NCBI GenBank assembly: GCA_035529815.1
Contig: DATKWA010000071.1
Location: 1 to 30,135, forward strand
Direction of reading: 5' to 3'
From: Terracidiphilus sp.
GTDB lineage: Bacteria; Acidobacteriota; Terriglobia; Terriglobales; Acidobacteriaceae
Length of the DNA stretch: 30,135 bases
Shown: positions 18,874 to 24,786 of the stretch, in pieces
How positions within the stretch are numbered: the stretch's first letter is position 1
Layout of the letters: each line of letters opens with the position of its first letter
Made by a program: the position numbers and the translations under genes
The notes under the pieces: model-generated
The model's database searches: none
What the model saw: the letters and a program-made list of their open reading frames with translations, nothing else
What the model was told of the DNA's origin: nothing

Positions 18874-20007
18874 CTACCCCGCATTCTCCACCACAGCCTT
18901 CGATAGATTCCTCGGCCGGTCCACATCCACGCCATGTTCCAGCGCCATGAAGTAAGAAAACAACTGCAGCGGAACCACTTCAAGAATTGGCAGCAGATAC
19001 TCCGACGCCGGCTCCACGCGAACGCAGTCGCTGGCCAGCGTCGCAATTCTGTCATCGTCCGCGTTGGCAAGGGCAATCACTTTGGCGCCCTGCCTCTTCA
19101 TGTCGCCGAGCAGTTGCAGAGTCTTTTCGTAGCGCACCACGGAAGCCTCCAGCGCGCGGTCCACCGTAGCCAGCACCACCAGCGGCACCTCGTCGCTCAC
19201 CAGCGCATTCGGCCCATGCTTCAACTCGCCCACCGGGTAACCCTCGGCGTGCACATACGAGGCTTCCTTCAGCTTCAGCGCGCCCTCGCGCGCAATGGCA
19301 TAGTGTATGCCGCGGCCCAGATAAAGGAACGTGACAGCGGACTTGTATTTACTCGCCAGTGCGGCCAACTGCGTGCGCCAGCCGTCGAGCGCGGCTTCAA
19401 TCTGGCCGGGCACCGCCAGCAGTTCCTCAATGTGCCGGTGCACCACCGCCGCGTCCATCCGCCCCAGTCGCGCACCCTCGTAGAGTGCCAGCAGATACAG
19501 CACCGCCAACTGGCACGTAAAACTCTTCGTAGCTGGAATCGCCTTCTCCACGCCTGCGGCCAGTGGCATGGAAACATCGGCCTCGTGTGCCATGGTCGAA
19601 GCCGGGTGGTTGGTAATCGCCAGGGTCTTCTGCCCGCGCAGCCTCGCCGTCTCCAGCGCCGCCAGCGTGTCAGAGGTCTCCCCCGATTGCGAAAGCACCA
19701 GAACGCTCGGATGCCGCAGGTCCACCCCTCCGCGGCAGCTGTACTCGCTCGCGTACTCCACATCCACGGCCAACCCGCACAGGTCTTCCAGCAAAATTTC
19801 GGCGTAGAGCCCGCTATGGCGGCTTGAGCCGCTGGCCGCAATCAGGATTTCACCAGCACGGTTGGGCCAGCCCGCCAGCATTCCGGCCACATCCTGCTTC
19901 AGCCCTGTTCCGTCCAGGTAAAGGGCCAGAGTACGCCCCAGCGCCGCCGGCTGTTCATAGATCTCCCGCAGCATCTCGTGAGGAAAATTGTGCTCCAATG
20001 TCGGCAT
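18874..20007 (-). CDS. SIS-domain sugar-phosphate isomerase/deaminase (GlmS C-terminal-like, no glutaminase domain)
   Basis: Two SIS domains (ASGSSRHSG, VLVLSQSGETSDT) and C-terminal LQLFSYFMALEHGVDVDRPRNLSKAVV, as in GlmS/AgaS-type proteins. Confidence 0.85.
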   Translation of the reverse strand: MPTLEHNFPHEMLREIYEQPAALGRTLALYLDGTGLKQDVAGMLAGWPNRAGEILIAASGSSRHSGLYAEILLEDLCGLAVDVEYASEYSCRGGVDLRHPSVLVLSQSGETSDTLAALETARLRGQKTLAITNHPASTMAHEADVSMPLAAGVEKAIPATKSFTCQLAVLYLLALYEGARLGRMDAAVVHRHIEELLAVPGQIEAALDGWRTQLAALASKYKSAVTFLYLGRGIHYAIAREGALKLKEASYVHAEGYPVGELKHGPNALVSDEVPLVVLATVDRALEASVVRYEKTLQLLGDMKRQGAKVIALANADDDRIATLASDCVRVEPASEYLLPILEVVPLQLFSYFMALEHGVDVDRPRNLSKAVVENAG

Positions 20008-20345
20008 CGTCCCTATCAGTGCGTAAACCCCTTGCGAACTGCATTATTCGCCAAATGTCATCATAATCCGCTCAATCGCTCGATCTCCTGAGCTATTCCT
20101 GAAAACTGCCCGTGCAGTTCTGGAGACAGACCCTGGAGCGACGCGACGCCTGGGCCAACAAACGGAAGAGTCCGGACAATATGGTCAACTCCATCATCCG
20201 CCGCGCGTAACTGGTCGTCACGCGGCTTCTGCGGACCGAAAGAGCCACCGTCGAGAAACTCGGCGTTCGAATGCTTCGCGCCTGCAGTTGCGCCCTCTGC
20301 GCCATTGCAACCAATGCGCCTTCGCCTCTAGACTTGGGAATACAT

Positions 20346-20390
20346 GCGAAAGTGGCGGAATTGGCAGACGCACCAGACTTAGGATCGGGC
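20346..20390 (+). tRNA. tRNA-Leu(UAG) 5' half only (truncated; not a functional gene as seen here)
   Basis: GCGAAAG-TG-GCGGAATTGGCAGACGC-A-CCAGA-CTTAGGA-TCGGG gives the acceptor 5' strand, D-arm, and anticodon stem plus a 7-nt loop with TAG at 20380-20382. It is nearly identical in layout to E. coli leuW. No variable arm, T-arm or CTTTCGC acceptor 3' strand follows. Confidence 0.7.
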
Positions 20391-20512
20391 ATTAAAATAC
20401 ATAGATTTTGCTAATAACATTGATAAATAAAGACTTAAATCTACTCTCTCAAGAAGAAACTGTAGCACACTAGGCACTTGATTGCAGCACATTTTGCTGT
20501 GACAATGGACGT

Positions 20513-21754
20513 ATGAAAGCGCCTAGCGAGCACACCGCCGTTTCATCGTTCCATCCCAATAGCCAATCGCAAAGCGTCAAGATATTGGATGGGCTGCTTA
20601 CTCTATACAAGCGCCCAAACAGTAAAGCGTGGTGGTGTGGCTGCTACAACAAGCGAGTACACTTACGCGCTAGCACAAAAACAGCCGACTTGGATGAGGC
20701 AAAAAGAATCGCACAGCGTTGGTATTTCGATACACAGGTTAGAATCTCGCAGGGATTTGCGCCAACCACCAGCAGCCGCAGCTTTAGTCACGCCGCCGAC
20801 ACTGCCCTAACACAATACGGTTTGGATGCGGAGCAAGGTAAGCGCAGTAAACGATATGTGAGAGAGTTGGGTATTACATTCAGAACACTCTGCTCGCTCA
20901 TTGGCAAGATTGAGACAGCCAAAGTCAATCAGGCTGTCTGGAGCACAGTAAAGCAAGCCCTCCTTCAACGAAAGCCCCTCACCGAAAGGACTCTTCATCA
21001 ATACAAGAATGCGATTCTTGTGGTTCTTCGCCAAGCTGAATTGCGCGGAGAACTGAAGGAAATGCCGCGCTTCGCAAGGGAATCAACAGGTGCCACGGCT
21101 GATACGCCGCGCACTTGGTTTGATGCCGACGATTACAAAGCACTGAAACTTGCGCTTCGCCGCAATGTCGCGAAGCATAAGAAAGAAAAGACGAGATGGA
21201 TTGAAGCGGCGGAAGAGTTGCGCGACTATGTGCTGTTCATTAGCAACACCGGATTGCGCGTTGGAGAGGCTAGAAATGTTCGCTTTTGTGATGTGGAGAT
21301 TACGCAAGAAAAGTATGAGCAGTACAACAAGATGGCAGAGGTGCTACAAATCCGCGATATCAAGGGAAAGCGTGGAGCGTACGGGCAGTGCAAAAGCTAC
21401 TTCGGATGCGTTAATTCATTCAAGAATTGCATTGCCCGGCATGGCTTGACGCTGGACAACTACCGAAGCAACGATGCACTTATCTTCAAGGCGTATCACC
21501 GTGATGCATTCAGGGAGCTCCTTAAATCCATCAAGCTCTACAAGACAAACGAGCGCCCACCTCGCAAACGAGACTTAATGTCCCTGCGCCACACATATAT
21601 CTGCTTTCGGCTTTTGAATGGAGTTCCTGTGTGGGATGTTGCCAACAACTGCAGAACCTCCGTGCAGATGATTGAGAACCACTACGCAAAGCATTTGAGT
21701 GTTCTTCAAAGCAGGAGCATCAACAAAAGCAAATACGAGCTGGCGGACAAATAA
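20513..21754 (+). CDS. Tyrosine-type site-specific integrase
   Basis: 413 aa. Box I NTGLRVGEA, box II SLRHTYICFRL, terminal ENHYAKH with the nucleophile Tyr, and an arm-binding-like N-terminus (YKRPNSKAWW....LRASTKTADLDEAKRIA). Both usual His positions look substituted (MSLR instead of HxLR; NNCR instead of LGH). Confidence 0.88.
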   Translation: MKAPSEHTAVSSFHPNSQSQSVKILDGLLTLYKRPNSKAWWCGCYNKRVHLRASTKTADLDEAKRIAQRWYFDTQVRISQGFAPTTSSRSFSHAADTALTQYGLDAEQGKRSKRYVRELGITFRTLCSLIGKIETAKVNQAVWSTVKQALLQRKPLTERTLHQYKNAILVVLRQAELRGELKEMPRFARESTGATADTPRTWFDADDYKALKLALRRNVAKHKKEKTRWIEAAEELRDYVLFISNTGLRVGEARNVRFCDVEITQEKYEQYNKMAEVLQIRDIKGKRGAYGQCKSYFGCVNSFKNCIARHGLTLDNYRSNDALIFKAYHRDAFRELLKSIKLYKTNERPPRKRDLMSLRHTYICFRLLNGVPVWDVANNCRTSVQMIENHYAKHLSVLQSRSINKSKYELADK

Positions 21755-21817
21755 TAGCCGCAACAGGAAACACCAGGCCTGCAGTTCGACTGACAAAGTC
21801 TTCGACAAAGCACAAAT

Positions 21818-21853
21818 GCAGAAAAGCCTCCACCCGCAGGTGGAGGCTTCTGC
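21818..21853. terminator. Long GC-rich hairpin between convergent genes (bidirectional terminator candidate)
   Basis: GCAGAAAAGCCTCCACC-CGCA-GGTGGAGGCTTCTGC has a 10 bp perfect core stem extended to about 15 bp with a 2-nt bulge. It lies between the integrase stop (21754) and the stop of the - strand gene (21867). The - strand reading has a T-rich tail. Confidence 0.6.
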
Positions 21854-21866
21854 ACATTGGGCAGCG

Positions 21867-22313
21867 TTAGGCTGCTTTTGACCTGGCTTTCCTTGCGCAG
21901 ATTTCGGCAACGGGCGCGTCAAGCTCGCCCGCTAGTGCGGCGCTGTTGAGCAATTGCAGAGTTGCCAGCAAGTCCTTCATGTCAGCTACCTGAATGGCGT
22001 TCTTGCCCTTGCTGATTTCCAGTGGCTGCGCTCCATAGCGCGGCTCGAGCACCAGCTTGCCGGCTGCATCAGTCCAGTACCACTGCTTGATTTGCTTCTC
22101 GCGCTCAGTCGTGCTGCGCTCACCAGTTTGCTTGCTGACTTTGGTTTTGCGCTGCATCACCACATGCTTGCGCCCTTCCAGCGCAGCCTGCACCAGCGCG
22201 ATTTGCTCTTCAATCCGTGCACTCAACTTGCCACGCCGGGTGACAACCGGCGACTGCTTGCTCTTTGTTTCCCTTACGCTGCTCACGAACCTCAGCCTAT
22301 TCAATGTGCTCAT
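21867..22313 (-). CDS. Hypothetical island protein (resembles, from memory, the small DUF6641-type proteins found beside integrases in proteobacterial islands)
   Basis: ATG at 22313 is preceded by AAGGGGTGA. The listed ORF starts at a TTG at 22397. Motifs: MSTLNRLRF....RRGKLSARIEEQ...WYW.DAAGKL.L..RYG.....KGKNA..V.....L...L......GELD. Confidence 0.7.
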   Translation of the reverse strand: MSTLNRLRFVSSVRETKSKQSPVVTRRGKLSARIEEQIALVQAALEGRKHVVMQRKTKVSKQTGERSTTEREKQIKQWYWTDAAGKLVLEPRYGAQPLEISKGKNAIQVADMKDLLATLQLLNSAALAGELDAPVAEICARKARSKAA

Positions 22314-22414
22314 CAAAATCACCCCTTCCGTCCATATCGGACTGTTAATACCACCGTCACCTAAAACGCTCAAAAAGGCACCCGGGAGCCTGTCCAAAAC
22401 TCATATATTTTTCT

Positions 22415-22594
22415 CTACTTTGGTTTCGTTGTCTGAAACGCCTTTGCCTTTTGCTGTTGTGCCTTCACGAATCGCGTCTGCGCCTTTTTTGTCGCAAGTG
22501 TCGCTCGTTCCTGCGCCAACCGCTCGGCTTCCCGTTCGATTCTGTTTTCATCAGCCTGAAATTGGTTGGATTGAAGCACTTCAAATATGCGCAT
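22415..22594 (-). CDS. Small 59-aa Lys/Gln/Ala-rich coiled-coil ORF, just below the 60-aa cutoff of the supplied ORF track
   Basis: Hand translation: MRIFEVLQSNQFQADENRIEREAERLAQERATLATKKAQTRFVKAQQQKAKAFQTTKPK, TAG at 22415-22417. Same strand as, and immediately upstream of, 21867..22313. No strong RBS. Confidence 0.4.
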   Translation of the reverse strand: MRIFEVLQSNQFQADENRIEREAERLAQERATLATKKAQTRFVKAQQQKAKAFQTTKPK

Positions 22595-22649
22595 ATTCAG
22601 TCACCCACATCTATTTAGCTGCTCAACCAGAAATCGACAGATTCTTGAT

Positions 22650-22671
22650 ACTTTTTCGACACTTTTTCGAT
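22650..22671 (+). repeat. Tandem 11-bp direct repeats ACTTTTTCGA(C/T) x2, with a third degenerate copy AATCGACA at about 22632, in the promoter region of the HUH-motif gene
   Basis: Read directly: actttttcgac|actttttcgat, 32-53 nt upstream of the ATG at 22703. Confidence 0.8.
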
Positions 22672-22702
22672 AGCAAAGCTAAATACCCAGAAGGAGAACT
22701 AT

Positions 22703-23215
22703 ATGGAATACATAATCAATCCATACAAATACCGAGAACTGCTTATGCCGCTATGCATGAAGCTCCCTCTTACACATGCAGTGACGCTCACGCTCAAGCC
22801 TGGCAGCCAAAGCCAGGGGCGAGCCGAAGACGTATGGGCCAAGTACATTCACCATTTAAACAAACTGGTTTGGGGCAGGAACGCATACGACAAACACAAG
22901 GCTGAACTGAGTTGTGTGGCTGTAATACAGGGAGACAGAAACGAGCACATGCATCTCCATGCAGCAGTTGGCAGCTTCAGCCAGAAACTTAGCGACAAGG
23001 AAATCATCAAACGTTTGAAACGGGCCGCAAATCTGACAGACGGAGTTTGGCGGCAACGCGACTATGGTGTGCTGCATTCAAAAGACGCCTGGCTCGAATA
23101 CATCACGCGCCAAATTGACGGCACATGCGACGAAAAGCTGTTGATACAACACTTCAGTGCAGGAATCACACCACAATCACATCTACCGGGCATGCATAGC
23201 CCATGCACACTCTAA
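22703..23215 (+). CDS. Small HUH-motif protein (rolling-circle Rep-like or Y1 transposase/RAYT-like nuclease)
   Basis: 170 aa with a GGAG RBS. Three motifs are in canonical order and spacing: HAVTLTL (residues 25-31, motif I FxTLT-like), HMHLH (82-86, nt 22946-22960, HUH), and EYITRQ (Tyr133, nt 23099-23101, like the YIxxQ of IS200-type TnpA or the YxxK of Rep). Confidence 0.6.
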   Translation: MEYIINPYKYRELLMPLCMKLPLTHAVTLTLKPGSQSQGRAEDVWAKYIHHLNKLVWGRNAYDKHKAELSCVAVIQGDRNEHMHLHAAVGSFSQKLSDKEIIKRLKRAANLTDGVWRQRDYGVLHSKDAWLEYITRQIDGTCDEKLLIQHFSAGITPQSHLPGMHSPCTL

Positions 23216-23235
23216 AGTTGCTTTCTGCGTCGTGT

Positions 23236-23246
23236 TCGAAAAAGTG
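23236..23246 (-). repeat. Inverted copy of the upstream repeat (CACTTTTTCGA), 21 nt after the HUH-gene stop
   Basis: The reverse complement of tcgaaaaagtg equals cactttttcga, identical over 11 nt to 22660-22670. The two copies bracket the whole ORF (587 bp apart). Confidence 0.75.
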
Positions 23247-23377
23247 AAAACAAGAACAAGATAGAGCTTATGGGACACTACTAGTCTGCCAACAACGGCA
23301 GCGAAGAAATAGGGCTAGGAAGGCGGCACTGCAACAATTCAAATTGTCGAACAAGAGCCAAAGTGCTCTTGACGTCC

Positions 23378-23407
23378 TTTCTGTTGTCAAAAAGCAGTCA
23401 ACAGAGA
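23378..23407. repeat. Imperfect palindrome TTTCTGTTG-12 nt-CAACAGAGA (hairpin or recombinase/Rep core-site candidate)
   Basis: Arms at 23378-23386 and 23399-23407 are complementary at 8 of 9 positions. The spacer is tcaaaaagcagt. Confidence 0.7.
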
Positions 23408-23500
23408 TGGCGAATCGAGAACGAAGTGGAGCAGACAATAAAATGATTCCAAGTAATTATGTAGTTAAACTGCTGAATAGAAATAATGAGTGAATTTCTA

Positions 23501-23547
23501 GTTGAATAAAATGCAGTTGCCGATAATTGAGTCGAATAAAATGCAAG
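23501..23547 (+). repeat. Iteron-like direct repeats GTnGAATAAAATGCA x2 with 30-bp spacing, preceded by degenerate TGAATA units from about 23474
   Basis: gttgaataaaatgca at 23501-23515 and gtcgaataaaatgca at 23531-23545 match at 14 of 15 positions. The context is AT-rich. Confidence 0.7.
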
Positions 23548-23587
23548 GTTTTCACGAGTGACGATAAAACGGAAGAAATATTTGCAG

Positions 23588-23600
23588 TCATTTCTGTTGA
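23588..23600 (+). repeat. Third copy of the TTTCTGTTG element, in inverted orientation relative to 23398-23410
   Basis: The reverse complement of tcatttctgttga is tcaacagaaatga, against tcaacagagatgg at 23398-23410 (11 of 13 match). The pair brackets about 177 bp containing the iteron-like repeats. Confidence 0.6.
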
Positions 23601-23645
23601 GTATTGCTAGAGCAAGAATCCAATTTTATGGAACTGCACTATTGA

Positions 23646-24059
23646 TTTGTCGCAGCAGAACAGAATGCGGAGCAGATAGACAGAACGCACCAACTAAAGT
23701 CAGTAGCAAAACAATCCAAATCCGACAGTGCAAGTGCCACAGGCCAATTTCAAAAGAACTGCGCTGGTGCGCCAAAACGGCCGCAAGCCAAGCAGCAAGC
23801 TCAAACTGTACAGCAGCAAAACAGCAAAAGCAGAGCCGCAAAGCCAAGCACAACCGCTACAATTCGCGCTGTAGCCGCTGCAAGCCGGCTGCAAGCACCT
23901 TACGCAGGGGCAAGCGTTCCGAACGCTGTAAACAGCGAATACAGCGACGCTCTGGACGCTGCCAGCCAGCTCGCAGCGCAGCAACGAGCGCCCAAAAAAC
24001 AAAATCTAAGAGAATATGTAAAGTATTCGATTCTCGCGTTGATGCGCGTAAATCCCTGA
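23646..24059 (+). other. Strongly T-depleted tract: start-less open frame, pseudogene or non-coding RNA/DNA element
   Basis: Hand count gives about 37 T in the 350 nt 23651-24000. Several frames on both strands are open because stop codons are depleted. Frame 0 (23646-24059) has GCN-rich periodicity but no ATG/GTG/TTG until 24039. An ATG at 23628 is separated from it by an in-frame TGA at 23643-23645. Confidence 0.5.
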
Positions 24060-24165
24060 TAAATGGAGAGATAAGAACTTCGCAGAAAACACCAACTTGC
24101 CATTGCCTTTCACAAACTAAGAAATGACGATAATTACAGGCAAAACGTTAGATTTGGAGGCATTT

Positions 24166-24741
24166 ATGGGCAAGCAGGCGAAGGTATTAAATGCGAAGGA
24201 CACGAAGCGAGTTTTGCAGTTCATTTCGGCCAACAAGCATGCAGCCAGGAACAGAGCCATTTTCATGTGCTCATTCCTTGGCGGAATGAGGGCTTGCGAA
24301 ATAGCCAGCCTACATGTGATTGACGCAGTCGACAACGATGGTTCGGTGCGCAACGAGATTTACCTTAGTCCAATTGCCACGAAGGGGCGCACCGGCCGCT
24401 ATGTGTTCGTAAGCAGCAAGCTCAAGCAGGAAATCCAACGCTACATTGTCGCCGTGCCGCCCACGCACAGCCACAACAAGCTGTTCTACTCGCAAAAAGG
24501 AGCTATCGCGGGTTTTTCCCCAAACACAATCACGCAACTGTTTGGACAGATTTATAAGGCCGTCGGGATTGACAGTGCCAGCTCACACAGCGGCAGACGC
24601 ACATTCCTTACGGCACTGGCAGAGAAGGGTGTGAATGTGCGAGTCATTATGCAACTCGCGGGACACCGCTCGATGTCAACAACACAAAGGTATATCGAAA
24701 CCAGCCCTGAAATGTTACGGCGGGCACTGGAGCTTGTTTAG
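24166..24741 (+). CDS. Minimal tyrosine recombinase (catalytic domain only, FimB/FimE-sized)
   Basis: 191 aa from the ATG at 24166, with GGAGG 5 nt upstream. The catalytic set is complete: GGMRACEI (Arg), ATKGR (Lys), HSGRRTF (HxxR), AGHRS (His), TQRY (Tyr). N-terminal layout L..KD.KRVL.F....KHAARNRAIFM parallels FimB (LTHSEIESLL......PHAARNYCLTL). Confidence 0.88.
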   Translation: MGKQAKVLNAKDTKRVLQFISANKHAARNRAIFMCSFLGGMRACEIASLHVIDAVDNDGSVRNEIYLSPIATKGRTGRYVFVSSKLKQEIQRYIVAVPPTHSHNKLFYSQKGAIAGFSPNTITQLFGQIYKAVGIDSASSHSGRRTFLTALAEKGVNVRVIMQLAGHRSMSTTQRYIETSPEMLRRALELV

Positions 24742-24786
24742 CTCGTCTCCACCTCTGCGCGTGAGCATAAAGAACGTAGGAAACCC

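Noticed and set aside
20164-20177. GGAAGAGTCCGGAC, reminiscent of the RNase P RNA P4 motif (GGAAAGTCCGGGC), and a T-loop-like TTCGAAT at 20266-20272
   Set aside because: The other universally conserved RNase P elements, such as ACAGAAnCCGGCTTA, are absent and the region is too short. The TTCGAAT has no complementary flanking T-stem or acceptor strand.
20093-20392. 99-aa - strand ORF spanning the spacer and the tRNA fragment
   Set aside because: Its start lies in the island junction and it reads antisense through the tRNA-Leu 5' half. It has no RBS and a low-complexity product.
20346-20512. An intact tRNA-Leu with a long variable arm, or a group I intron in the anticodon loop
   Set aside because: The break is after the anticodon stem, not in the loop. 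The following sequence has no T-arm or acceptor 3' strand, and an integrase ORF starts 120 nt later. An island junction explains it better.
22057-22905. 282-aa + strand ORF
   Set aside because: It overlaps two better-supported - strand genes and the start of the HUH-motif gene in another frame. The product is a low-complexity Leu/Ser/Pro string.
23650-24000. A-rich, T-poor tract as a diversity-generating-retroelement template repeat or a retron msd
   Set aside because: There is no reverse transcriptase gene in the window, and I could not find by eye a second, adenine-variant copy (VR) in any neighbouring gene. This cannot be excluded without a self-alignment and the downstream sequence.
23558-24127. 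189-aa + strand ORF, and the - strand ORFs 23626..23853, 23700..24002, 23900..24103
   Set aside because: All overlap one another inside the T-depleted tract, where stop codons are rare on both strands. The products are Cys/Arg/Lys-rich or hydrophobic junk. I treat the tract as a compositional anomaly instead (see findings).
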